From the sequence record OP557969.1: DNA of 64,000 bases; one strand, given 5' to 3'. The stretch is from Escherichia phage ph0011. Of the stretch, positions 46,357-55,356 are shown piece after piece. A program made the position numbers and the translations under genes. The notes beneath the pieces are model-generated. The model saw nothing but the letters and a program-made list of their open reading frames with translations. It ran no database searches and was not told the DNA's origin. Positions within the stretch are counted from its first letter, which is position 1. The number at the start of each line of letters is the position of its first letter.

Positions 46357-47100
46357 ATGAAACATTTCTTAGAAGTTACAGTACCGGATGATAAAGATTT
46401 ATATATTGTTGGTGATTTACATGGTAATGGAAAACTGTGGGACGCGACTAAGAAAGAGTTCGGTGTCACCAACGAAGATTACGTGTTTTCTGTTGGTGAT
46501 GTTATTGACCGTGGTGACCAGAACTCTAAGCTTCTATTTGAATTCCTTTTCGGTGAAAACCGTTTTATGATTACTGGGAACCACGAGATGATGTGTGTTG
46601 ATTCTGAAACTCATCGTGACTGGTATCACTGTTGGGTCCAAAATGGTGGAGATAAGTTCATTGATGAAGTTGGGGTAACAGGCATTCAATTCTTTCGTCA
46701 GTACTTAAATGATCTCCCTATGATTATCCAAATCAATCACCGAGGATTGAAGATTGGGTTAGTTCATGCAGGTGTTCCATTGGAATATACAACATGGGAA
46801 CGTTTCGTTAATGGGACAAAATCACTTAGTGCTGATATAATTGAGAAGTGCTTGTGGGAACGTGATACATTTGACTACTGCAAGAAAAATAACACATATT
46901 ACGCCCCTAGACTTGATGGTATCCATTGCGTATTTAGTGGTCATACCGCAGTATCTGACCCACTCATTTATGGTAATCGTATTTGGATTGATAGTCAGTT
47001 TTTAACAGGTGATTTGACTCTTGCAACTCCACAAAGCGGTGGGATGAGATACTTACGTAAAGAAAAAGATGAGTACTCATTCAATCGTTTCAAAAGGTAA
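46357..47100 (+). CDS. Ser/Thr protein phosphatase-type metallophosphatase (lambda PP / PrpA-like)
   Basis: GDLHGN, GDVIDRGD, GNHE motifs; start moved to the ATG after the upstream stop. Confidence 0.8.
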   Translation: MKHFLEVTVPDDKDLYIVGDLHGNGKLWDATKKEFGVTNEDYVFSVGDVIDRGDQNSKLLFEFLFGENRFMITGNHEMMCVDSETHRDWYHCWVQNGGDKFIDEVGVTGIQFFRQYLNDLPMIIQINHRGLKIGLVHAGVPLEYTTWERFVNGTKSLSADIIEKCLWERDTFDYCKKNNTYYAPRLDGIHCVFSGHTAVSDPLIYGNRIWIDSQFLTGDLTLATPQSGGMRYLRKEKDEYSFNRFKR

Positions 47101-47105
47101 TAATT

Positions 47106-47366
47106 ATGCATGACGTAATTAAAAAATACTTAAATGATAGATATGTCCTGACAAAATCTATTAATTCTATACTAAAAGACCATGCTAATCAAATACATGA
47201 GATTCTATCCGAGAAACTTATTGGTTGTTCAGTTGAATTTGACTACAAAAAGAATATCGGAGTTATTCGACGTGTAGTTGATGTTTATGAACAAAATGTA
47301 TATGTTGAAATTGTATATGATGGTAAATTATTACAACTAAGTACTGAAGATTTGACATTTTTATAA
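47106..47366 (+). CDS. small hypothetical protein, FamD
   Basis: ..SINSILKDHANQIHEILSEKLIGCSVEFDYKK.. Confidence 0.6.
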   Translation: MHDVIKKYLNDRYVLTKSINSILKDHANQIHEILSEKLIGCSVEFDYKKNIGVIRRVVDVYEQNVYVEIVYDGKLLQLSTEDLTFL

Positions 47367-47376
47367 GGAAATAGAA

Positions 47377-47604
47377 ATGAAAGTAATTCAAGTTATGGTA
47401 GAAAAATACCAAACTGAAGATGGTCGCATTTTTGATTCAGCAAAACAAGCTGAACATCATGAACGTATTATTTCTGGTACACGTAAAGTGTGTCCTACAT
47501 GTAATGGAACACAACAAGTACCGTCAGAGGATTACCGCAGCTTTTATGCTTGTCCACAGTGTGACGGTAAAGGTTACGTAGAAAAACAAGAGGTATGGAA
47601 ATGA
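47377..47604 (+). CDS. DnaJ-type zinc-finger small protein
   Basis: TAAGGAAA RBS; CPTCNGTQ ... CPQCDGKG (CxxCxGxG x2). Confidence 0.6.
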   Translation: MKVIQVMVEKYQTEDGRIFDSAKQAEHHERIISGTRKVCPTCNGTQQVPSEDYRSFYACPQCDGKGYVEKQEVWK

Positions 47605-48014
47605 AATTATATTGCTTAACTAATATGTATTGTCAAGGTGTCCAAGCTGGTATTCAAGCATTTCATGCTGGAGTTAAACTAATCAAAGAATATGAAGGTT
47701 CTTCGTTCAGTACTATGATTGATGAATGGTACAATGAGCATGAAACTATTGTAGTACTAAATGCGGGTGGACATGATAAATTAAATTCTTATTATAAAGA
47801 CCTTAACAAACAGGGAACAGTTCCGTTTGCCAAATTCAATGAAGCTGGATTGAATGATGCTATTACATGTATAGCAGTACTGTGTACATCTGAAATGGTT
47901 GAAGATATGTCTATTATGCGTATGAATCTTCCTGCTGGTGATCAGTTAATGCAGGTGAAATATGGATCATTATTTGACACATTAAAAGCAATTAGTACTA
48001 TGAGGACTATTTGA
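47601..48014 (+). CDS. hypothetical protein (weak PTH2/DUF2000-like pattern)
   Basis: ATGA overlap (track 47595..); ..GVQAGIQAFHAGV..W..ETIVVLNAG..; pattern-level impression only. Confidence 0.3.
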   Translation: MKLYCLTNMYCQGVQAGIQAFHAGVKLIKEYEGSSFSTMIDEWYNEHETIVVLNAGGHDKLNSYYKDLNKQGTVPFAKFNEAGLNDAITCIAVLCTSEMVEDMSIMRMNLPAGDQLMQVKYGSLFDTLKAISTMRTI

Positions 48015-49213
48015 TGGATTTTCCAGAGAAGTTATTTGTTGCACGTTCCTATATAAACCACAACCAAGTTAATGGTTATATTATCGATGCAACAAAATCA
48101 CACACAAAAGCATTCGAAACAAAGAAAGAAAGAGCTGAGTACTGGGCCAACAAGAACAAACTCCCATCGTTGTATATTGATAATGTACCAACTACAGGTT
48201 TTTGTGTAGTTGATAAATTGACAATTCATGCACGTGAAACATATTTCACTATCCGACATCCTGAAGGATTTGAATTTATGATTAGTTCCAAAAACATGAA
48301 TGATTTGATTATTAATAATGATATAATTAAAGGTGTTTTTGTTGACCCAATGTTTTTCAATAATAACTTAGAGTTGATCAATGGTAAAACAAAAGCATTT
48401 GCTAAGTTGGTTGATAAAGAAAATAAAAAAGAAAAACAAAAAGAAATTGTAGCAGGACTCAAAGTTGGTGATGGCTTCACTTATAACAAAGAAGATTACT
48501 ATTACTGTGGTAAAGTACATGCAATTTGTATAAAGAAAACTAAAGAATTTGCATACCCAGATAAAAGTTCAGTATATCATTTAGTGTTTAATAGTTCTCG
48601 TGGAACTTATGCTTTGAATCAACGTTTGGATAATTACAAACTGGAACCTCGTGCTCTTTTGAATAAGAAGACTACAACAGATGAAGAAATTAAACTTGCT
48701 AATGAATTTTGGCAAAGCTATAGAACAAACAGACATAACCCATTAGGTGAATCTAACATTCCAGTACTGGTACACAATAAATCATTTAAAGCAAAAGACC
48801 TTAAAATTAAATACGAAGAAATAAATGTTGATGATCTTATGAACAATGGACGTTTCAACGAAAACGTACCATTCATGACTAAAGATAATGAACAATCTTA
48901 TCGCGTATTTTTTGGTGTAAGTAATAATACAACACGTAGTTATTACGGGCGTAGTGGAGATTACACTATCCATTACAATGATAAATTTGAACGATTTAGT
49001 GCATATCCAGTTCAAATAGATGATAATGGAATTATGGTAATGGATGTTGATATTAACACACACTCTTCATTCAGTACATGGAATGGTCATCGTTCTCCAT
49101 TCTTTCCACCAAATGAACGCAAAACATCAAGTACTCGTTACTATCAAGATAAGCCGTGTCACGTACAACTAGCAATCAGCAATCCACTTTACATTGGAAA
49201 GTATTATCTATAA
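48014..49213 (+). CDS. hypothetical protein (399 aa)
   Basis: TGATG overlap; long ORF, no motif recognised. Confidence 0.7.
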   Translation: MDFPEKLFVARSYINHNQVNGYIIDATKSHTKAFETKKERAEYWANKNKLPSLYIDNVPTTGFCVVDKLTIHARETYFTIRHPEGFEFMISSKNMNDLIINNDIIKGVFVDPMFFNNNLELINGKTKAFAKLVDKENKKEKQKEIVAGLKVGDGFTYNKEDYYYCGKVHAICIKKTKEFAYPDKSSVYHLVFNSSRGTYALNQRLDNYKLEPRALLNKKTTTDEEIKLANEFWQSYRTNRHNPLGESNIPVLVHNKSFKAKDLKIKYEEINVDDLMNNGRFNENVPFMTKDNEQSYRVFFGVSNNTTRSYYGRSGDYTIHYNDKFERFSAYPVQIDDNGIMVMDVDINTHSSFSTWNGHRSPFFPPNERKTSSTRYYQDKPCHVQLAISNPLYIGKYYL

Positions 49214-49224
49214 AGGAATATACA

Positions 49225-50643
49225 ATGAGCATTTTAGCAATTATTGAAAGCATTAAAAATACTAGTAGTACACTAGGCAAAAAAGCTATCCTTGAACAAA
49301 ATAAAGATAACTTAACTTTACAAAAAGTACTGAAATATACTCTCGACCCTTCAATTGTAAGTGGCTATAAGAAACTCCCTGCCGCTGATGACGTAGATCA
49401 ACATATGACGTTAGATGAAGCAATTGATAAGCTAGAATGCATTTACAAGCGTAGCTTGACAGGAAATGCGGGGCGTGATTTCATTGCTTCAGTACTGGGT
49501 TCAGTATCAGAAGATGATCAGGAAGTTCTCCGTAAAATGCTCACTAAGAACCTTGATTGTGGTATCCAAGAAAAGAACTGCAATGATGTGTTTGGTAAAG
49601 GATTCATCAAAGACGAACCATATATGCGTTGTTCTTTGATTGACAAAAAGACTGCAAAGAACATTAACTTCAAAGACTATGGCTATGCAGTCTCTGAGGT
49701 GAAAATGGATGGTCAGTACTTGAACCACGTTGTCATTAATGGTTCATTAACTTCTACATCCCGTAATGGTAAACTCTACGACTTCCTGGGTTGTCGTGAT
49801 GGTGAGATGGCAGGTCTTGCTCACATCATCCAAAGTAAAGATGAACGTTTTAGTAGTGGTGTAGTCTTTATGGGTGAAGGTGTAGTACTGGATACTGATG
49901 GAGAAACCATTCTCCCGCGTACTACAGGTAATGGTATTATTCAGAAAGCTGGAAAAGATTCAATCACTCAAAGTGAAGCAATGCGTACTGTATTCGTTCT
50001 ATGGGATGTTGTTCCATATGATGCATTCAGTGAAGGTGTATGGAATGTAAAACGTAAAGAACGCCGCGAGATCTTAGTTGGTGCAATCAATGAACTCGGT
50101 AGTGAATTTGTTCGTATGGTTGGGTTCCGTAAAGTTAACAACATCAAAGAAGCATTTGAGTACAACAGTGAACTGATGAACAAAGGTGAAGAAGGTTCAG
50201 TACTGAAATGTGAAGATGGTATCTGGAAATCTCATACTTCTCCTAAGCAGTTGAAAATGAAACTTAAGATGCAATTGGATTTGCGTATTGTTGGTTTCAA
50301 TGAAGGTGAAGGTAAGCGTAAAGGTAGCCTTGGTTCTTTACAACTGGAAAGTGCATGTGGTACACTAAAAGTAAATGTAGGTACAGGTATCCGTGAAAAA
50401 GATGCCGAATGGACGTTTAAAACCATTTGGGAAAGAATGCAAGAACTCATTGGTAAAGTAGTAACCGTGGAGTGCAATGATATAGTACAAGATAAGCGTA
50501 CTGGCGAACCATCACTATTTTTACCTGTGTTTATTGAATTTAGATTTGACAAAAACACTTGCGACGATTATACTCGTATCTTAGAAATTCGTGATAGTGC
50601 AGTTGAAGTGTTTTCAAACAGTATTATTGAAGTTTTAGGTTAA
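49225..50643 (+). CDS. 30: ATP-dependent DNA ligase (T4 gp30-like)
   Basis: KMDGQ adenylation motif (SEVKMDGQYL); N-term MSILAIIESIKNTSSTLGKKAILEQNKDN resembles the T4 ligase N-term; ATG after AAAGGAA. Confidence 0.85.
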   Translation: MSILAIIESIKNTSSTLGKKAILEQNKDNLTLQKVLKYTLDPSIVSGYKKLPAADDVDQHMTLDEAIDKLECIYKRSLTGNAGRDFIASVLGSVSEDDQEVLRKMLTKNLDCGIQEKNCNDVFGKGFIKDEPYMRCSLIDKKTAKNINFKDYGYAVSEVKMDGQYLNHVVINGSLTSTSRNGKLYDFLGCRDGEMAGLAHIIQSKDERFSSGVVFMGEGVVLDTDGETILPRTTGNGIIQKAGKDSITQSEAMRTVFVLWDVVPYDAFSEGVWNVKRKERREILVGAINELGSEFVRMVGFRKVNNIKEAFEYNSELMNKGEEGSVLKCEDGIWKSHTSPKQLKMKLKMQLDLRIVGFNEGEGKRKGSLGSLQLESACGTLKVNVGTGIREKDAEWTFKTIWERMQELIGKVVTVECNDIVQDKRTGEPSLFLPVFIEFRFDKNTCDDYTRILEIRDSAVEVFSNSIIEVLG

Positions 50644-50662
50644 CCATTTATTGGAGGTAATT

Positions 50663-51454
50663 ATGAAATTTGTCGTAACATCTGATGTACACGGTAGTAC
50701 TGATTACCTCCATAGTGGGGATTACAGCGATACAGTACTGATTATTGCGGGAGACTTCGATGAAGTTAAACGAAGTCGTTATCGTACTGGTATTGAATCA
50801 CTGTGTAAGCAGTTCAAGAATGTAGTTCTGGTTCCAGGAAACCATGAGTATTATGGTTCAAACATTCACAAAACGCATCGAGTACTGTCCGATATGCAAG
50901 ATGAGATTCCAAATTTCATCTTTTTGCAAAACAAATTTGTATGGCTGGATGGTGTACTGCTCGTTGGTAGCACACTATGGACTGACTTTGATAAAGGCAA
51001 TGCACTGGTTAAGTTTGATGCTCAACAAAAGATGAATGATTATAAACACATTCGTCATGGAACAACATCAGAACCGTGGAAACGTAAACTCAAACCTGAT
51101 GATGTTGAGTTCATGCATTATCAGGATAAACAATTTATCAAAAATTCAGTTGATACAGTTCGTCTAATGAATGATAATGATATCAAGGTTGTGGTGGTAA
51201 CACATCATGCACCAAGTTATCAGAGTGTATCTCCGAGATACAAGAATGACTCACTGAATGGATGTTATTGTTCTGATATGGACCAGTACATCGAAGATTT
51301 GGGTGCTGATGTTTGGATTCATGGTCACGTTCATAGTAGCTTTGACTACCACATTGGTAAGACACGTATCATTTGTAATCCACGAGGCTATGAATCGTAC
51401 AGTGGTGCTTGTGAGAATTTTGATTACAATCCAAAATTTGTAGTTGAAATCTAA
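50663..51454 (+). CDS. calcineurin-like metallophosphoesterase
   Basis: ATG after GGAGG (track 50651..); SDVHGS, AGDFDE, GNHEYYG, VVTHHAP, GHVH. Confidence 0.8.
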   Translation: MKFVVTSDVHGSTDYLHSGDYSDTVLIIAGDFDEVKRSRYRTGIESLCKQFKNVVLVPGNHEYYGSNIHKTHRVLSDMQDEIPNFIFLQNKFVWLDGVLLVGSTLWTDFDKGNALVKFDAQQKMNDYKHIRHGTTSEPWKRKLKPDDVEFMHYQDKQFIKNSVDTVRLMNDNDIKVVVVTHHAPSYQSVSPRYKNDSLNGCYCSDMDQYIEDLGADVWIHGHVHSSFDYHIGKTRIICNPRGYESYSGACENFDYNPKFVVEI

Positions 51455-51463
51455 GGTAAGGTT

Positions 51464-51859
51464 ATGATACATACATTTCACATTGATGATAAGATGCTTG
51501 TTATATTGAGTTGCTGTCATATGTTTCAACGATTGGGTATGCGTATGCTATACTCTTGTGACAAAATCCAATACTACAATCCTGATGGTACTGGTACAGT
51601 GATGAAAGATAGATATAACTTCACCCGTGATGTAAAACGAGCAGACGATTTAGATTCATTTGTGGGAAAGGCGTATGTTCTTGTTCATGATGACAGTCGT
51701 GGTGATGTGTTACCATTCAGCACTTTATCAATTAATATGTTCTTTAAATATGAACAATTTTCAAATACACTAAGAATGATTGAGATTGATTTTGATAACA
51801 TTCCTGTTGGTACACGTTATGAATTTCTTTATGCCCTTACCACAATAGGGGTGTACTGA
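51464..51859 (+). CDS. hypothetical protein
   Basis: TAAGGTAAGG RBS; 131 aa. Confidence 0.6.
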   Translation: MIHTFHIDDKMLVILSCCHMFQRLGMRMLYSCDKIQYYNPDGTGTVMKDRYNFTRDVKRADDLDSFVGKAYVLVHDDSRGDVLPFSTLSINMFFKYEQFSNTLRMIEIDFDNIPVGTRYEFLYALTTIGVY

Positions 51860-52242
51860 TGGAAAATGTCGTTGTATATGTATTTGAGATCAATAATGAA
51901 ATCAAGTACGTAATTAATGGTTATAAACATTACACAAGAGCAGACCGAAAGCTGGAAATATATTCAAAAGAAGCAAGAAACTACTGCTTAGGTGATGATT
52001 CAGTTGAGGTTTGGATTGATGGAAATGCAGAGTATTTTGATGCTGACTTCTATGATGATCTTGACAAATCAAATGACTTGTACATTTATGTAGAAAATGA
52101 ACATTATTACACAAATTCTTTGTTTGACATTACCGACAGTACAGTATATGATACTGCTATGGTTAAGTTACTAAAGATTGACCACGATATGTTTAATAAA
52201 CATACAATTTGTGGTTTATTAGATTTTTTCAGAAACTTGTAG
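51859..52242 (+). CDS. hypothetical protein
   Basis: TGATG overlap; 127 aa. Confidence 0.6.
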   Translation: MENVVVYVFEINNEIKYVINGYKHYTRADRKLEIYSKEARNYCLGDDSVEVWIDGNAEYFDADFYDDLDKSNDLYIYVENEHYYTNSLFDITDSTVYDTAMVKLLKIDHDMFNKHTICGLLDFFRNL

Positions 52243-52267
52243 ACAAATACGATCACTGTGATATAAT
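52239..52267 (+). promoter_or_regulatory. early-type sigma70 promoter (TGTGATATAAT class)
   Basis: GTAGAC - 17 nt (..cactgtga) - TATAAT. Confidence 0.65.
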
Positions 52268-52301
52268 ACTCACATAAATGAAACAATAGAGGAAAATAAC
52301 A

Positions 52302-52997
52302 ATGGTTGAACAATTCAATTTTGGTGGTTATGCTAATGGTGAAGTAAGTAACATTTCTATTCCATATGTAGTTGAGAAAGTTAATGGTTCAGAACGTACA
52401 TATGATCTAGCATCTCGTATGATGCAAGACCGTATCATTTTCCTTGATACTGACTTCAATGACCAAATGGCACATATCATCAAACAACAATTGGTGTGGT
52501 TAGACTCACAAGGTGATTCCCCTATTACATTCTATATTAGCTCACCGGGCGGTTCAGTACACGCAGGATTGGGTATTGCAGATGTTGCCAAGTCTTGTGT
52601 TTCACCAATTCGTACTGTAGTAATGGGTTATGCAGCTTCAATGGGGTGTTATACTCAATCGGTAATTGGTACTAAAGGTTTTCGTTTAGGTGGTAAGCGT
52701 TCTTACTTTATGTGTCATCAAGTAAGTTCTGGCACACAAGGTTTAATTACCGACCAGAAGATTTCACTTAAACATTCTGATGAATTGAATACACTATTGA
52801 CCAAAGAAATCGCAGAAGCAGTAGGTGTTTCTCATGAACAACTACTGAAAGATGCAGACCGTGATTTGTGGTTGAATGCTGAAGAAGCACTCGAATATGG
52901 TGAAAAAGGATTTATCGATGGTATTATCCTTGGACCACGCAACGAGAAAGGTCAATACCTAGTCAAGCGTCGTGGTGGTGTTGAAGAGTGGGTGTAA
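52302..52997 (+). CDS. ClpP-family (S14) serine protease
   Basis: ISSPGGSV, catalytic-type GYAASMG and FMCHQ; 231 aa. Confidence 0.8.
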   Translation: MVEQFNFGGYANGEVSNISIPYVVEKVNGSERTYDLASRMMQDRIIFLDTDFNDQMAHIIKQQLVWLDSQGDSPITFYISSPGGSVHAGLGIADVAKSCVSPIRTVVMGYAASMGCYTQSVIGTKGFRLGGKRSYFMCHQVSSGTQGLITDQKISLKHSDELNTLLTKEIAEAVGVSHEQLLKDADRDLWLNAEEALEYGEKGFIDGIILGPRNEKGQYLVKRRGGVEEWV

Positions 52998-53009
52998 AAT
53001 AGTTTTATT

Positions 53010-53036
53010 GATACCCCAAATGGGGTATCATCTTTT
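53010..53036 (+). terminator. Rho-independent terminator
   Basis: gatacccc-aaat-ggggtatc (8 bp) then atctttt. Confidence 0.75.
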
Positions 53037-53045
53037 GGAGATTAT

Positions 53046-53336
53046 ATGAAAGTTCTAGTTCGTAATAATACTGAAGTGGAAAGTGTATTAGATGATTCCG
53101 ATTTTATTAATGTTGCATTCGACCAAATGAGCACAGTAGTGCTTGAATTAAAAAATATAGATGAAGCCGAACGTGTACTGAATGGATTTGCAATTGTGCT
53201 TGAATTAATGAAAGAAGTATTAATTAAAAAGAACATGAATCCAGGTGATGTGGTTAAACATGCAGAAGCTGAGCGTAAAGAACACGGGTCATTCTCTGAT
53301 AAAAAATACATTCAAACTGATGAGGTAAAAGAATAA
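53046..53336 (+). CDS. hypothetical protein
   Basis: TGGAG RBS; 96 aa. Confidence 0.6.
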   Translation: MKVLVRNNTEVESVLDDSDFINVAFDQMSTVVLELKNIDEAERVLNGFAIVLELMKEVLIKKNMNPGDVVKHAEAERKEHGSFSDKKYIQTDEVKE

Positions 53337-53337
53337 T

Positions 53338-53784
53338 ATGTCCAATGCACAATATAAAGATGGTTATGACGCATACAAAGCAAAAGTAGTTCTAAGTGCT
53401 GAACAACTAAAAATGCAGCACCCATTGTATCGTCAGGGTTATCGTGCAGCACAAGCAGAATCGATGAAGAAAAATAATGTAACTTTCCCTACGACGTTAT
53501 ATGATATTCCAAAACGCCCACACATTTTTAAAGCAGAATGGACTGATATTATGGCAGCAACTAAACGTCCTCGTTTTGCTAAACTTCACACTGATGAAGG
53601 TCGATGGCTACTAATGGGTATTATGAAAGCAGTTGAGAATCAATCTCACAAAATCGTTCGTTATAAAGATGTTGTGGCTATGGTTGATAAAGCATTTGAT
53701 CTCGTGCTACAATACGGCTATGAAGAAGGCGTATTAACTGTTGCAGATTGTGAACAATATCAGTACACACCTTTTCAAAAATAG
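53338..53784 (+). CDS. hypothetical protein
   Basis: 148-aa ORF directly after upstream stop. Confidence 0.6.
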   Translation: MSNAQYKDGYDAYKAKVVLSAEQLKMQHPLYRQGYRAAQAESMKKNNVTFPTTLYDIPKRPHIFKAEWTDIMAATKRPRFAKLHTDEGRWLLMGIMKAVENQSHKIVRYKDVVAMVDKAFDLVLQYGYEEGVLTVADCEQYQYTPFQK

Positions 53785-53793
53785 TATAACAAA

Positions 53794-53819
53794 AAGGAAT
53801 CCAGATCTGGATTCCTTTT
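53794..53819. terminator. palindromic (potentially bidirectional) terminator
   Basis: aaggaatccaga|tctggattcctt perfect palindrome flanked by an A-run and a T-run. Confidence 0.7.
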
Positions 53820-53875
53820 CTTATTACTGTATACTTAAATGAATATATGAAATTAGTTCTGGTTTAGAGGACATA

Positions 53876-54400
53876 ATGAAATATACACAACTAAACAACA
53901 ATGATACTAATATATGGTTAGGAAATATATCTAAAACACTTGAATTGGTTAAATTCACACTACAAAAATCGGTCGATATTGAAATTAATATTAAGAAAGA
54001 AATATTAAAACATTATCATAAAAATAAATTTTACAAGTTTATTTCTAAATTAATCTATGGGTTATATGATATTGAAGATATTTGTATTGGGTACAGTACT
54101 GGTATTTGTTTCACTACTGATGGTATAATGAATGATTTAAATTTTCGACTAACCCGCGAAGAACAAGATTTTCGTATATTTTGTGATAATATCATGAATG
54201 AAGATAAAATCCAATTTGTGATTGAATTGAGTCAGATATGGTCTGTATATGCAGACAAACCATTCGAAATTAATGAATCAGATATATTAAACTATATTCG
54301 AATAATGAAAATTCATGATTTATGTAAAAACGCATTACTAAGTATTGGAGCCTATGATGAAGCATACGACGTGGTTAAAGATAGCAGAAGTGGTTGCTGA
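53876..54400 (+). CDS. hypothetical protein
   Basis: AGAGGA RBS; 174 aa. Confidence 0.6.
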   Translation: MKYTQLNNNDTNIWLGNISKTLELVKFTLQKSVDIEINIKKEILKHYHKNKFYKFISKLIYGLYDIEDICIGYSTGICFTTDGIMNDLNFRLTREEQDFRIFCDNIMNEDKIQFVIELSQIWSVYADKPFEINESDILNYIRIMKIHDLCKNALLSIGAYDEAYDVVKDSRSGC

Positions 54401-54836
54401 AGAAAGTAAATGTCTTTCTCAAAAAGTTGGGTGTGTGATTGTTAAAAATAACCGAGTATTGAGTACTGGTTATAATGGTACTCCATCTAAACAACCTAAT
54501 TGTTGTGATGTTAATCAACATTTAGTTAAGAATGGTCGTTTTCAAGACTGGATTAGTGATGAAGCAAAGCATGAACACCATGAGTGGAGTAATATTCATG
54601 AAATACATGCAGAAATGAATGCACTGTTATATAGTTCTCCGACTGAGCGTCAAGGTTCAACACTTTACACAACACTCCAACCGTGTTATACTTGTTCTAA
54701 ATTGATAGCGGGGAGTGGTGTTTCTCGTGTAATTTATCAAAAAAGTTATCCTCGTACTCCACCAGAGGCTATTAAAGTACTGGAAGATGCTGGGATTATT
54801 GTAAATTGCATTTATGATAAGGATCTTGACAAATGA
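54357..54836 (+). CDS. cd: dCMP deaminase (T4 Cd-like)
   Basis: HAEMNAL and PCYTCSKLI zinc motifs; N-term ..IAEVVAEESKC..KVGCVIVKNNRVLSTGYNG like T4 Cd; start 54354/54357. Confidence 0.85.
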   Translation: MKHTTWLKIAEVVAEESKCLSQKVGCVIVKNNRVLSTGYNGTPSKQPNCCDVNQHLVKNGRFQDWISDEAKHEHHEWSNIHEIHAEMNALLYSSPTERQGSTLYTTLQPCYTCSKLIAGSGVSRVIYQKSYPRTPPEAIKVLEDAGIIVNCIYDKDLDK

Positions 54837-55090
54837 CATTATTGGCAATCGCTGGTTTTTTGTTTATATTAGTTTTCTTGTTATTATTGGTAATGTTTGT
54901 TATTGATGATAACGATGGATATTTCAGAAATTATAAAGTACGCTTTTCTGCACAAAATAATAAGTATTATATTGTGAATTGTATTAAACATCGTGAAAAG
55001 AATGTAACAAATAGATTTGGATTTACAATTTATTACAAAGACCGCGTAGAGGCTGATATGATTTGTCAAAAACTTAACACAGTAGAATAA
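54833..55090 (+). CDS. small membrane protein (1 TM)
   Basis: ATGA overlap; LLAIAGFLFILVFLLLLVMFVI. Confidence 0.55.
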   Translation: MTLLAIAGFLFILVFLLLLVMFVIDDNDGYFRNYKVRFSAQNNKYYIVNCIKHREKNVTNRFGFTIYYKDRVEADMICQKLNTVE

Positions 55091-55094
55091 AAAA

Positions 55095-55117
55095 AGGAGC
55101 CATATGGCTCCTTTTTT
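55095..55117. terminator. bidirectional-type terminator
   Basis: aaaaa-aggagcc-atat-ggctcct-ttttt. Confidence 0.75.
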
Positions 55118-55311
55118 ATGTTTTTACGTAAGATGTATAGATCATTATTCAATTTGATTTTGTGAATCATATACATAGAACAAAAACCTCCAACACCTGC
55201 TTTTTCATCTTTTAATTTAATGAAGAAAGTATCATCTCTTAGACTTTCATCTGAATTTTCGATACTATCAATAGAAAAAGGAAGTCTTCCGGTTAATGCA
55301 ATTATGCTACT

Positions 55312-55342
55312 CTAAGGAAAGTGCATGATAATTATCATGCAC
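55312..55342 (-). terminator. hairpin downstream of the minus-strand gene
   Basis: gtgcatgata-at-tatcatgcac (10 bp); on the minus strand followed by tttcctt (weak U-tract). Confidence 0.45.
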
Positions 55343-55356
55343 TATATTATTAAAAA

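Noticed and set aside
55118-55311. ~190-bp gap between convergent terminators, with a ~70-codon stop-free minus-strand frame (..HKIKLNNDLYILRK..)
   Set aside because: There is no ATG/GTG/TTG start near its 5' end and no RBS. It is possibly a gene remnant, but the evidence is too thin.
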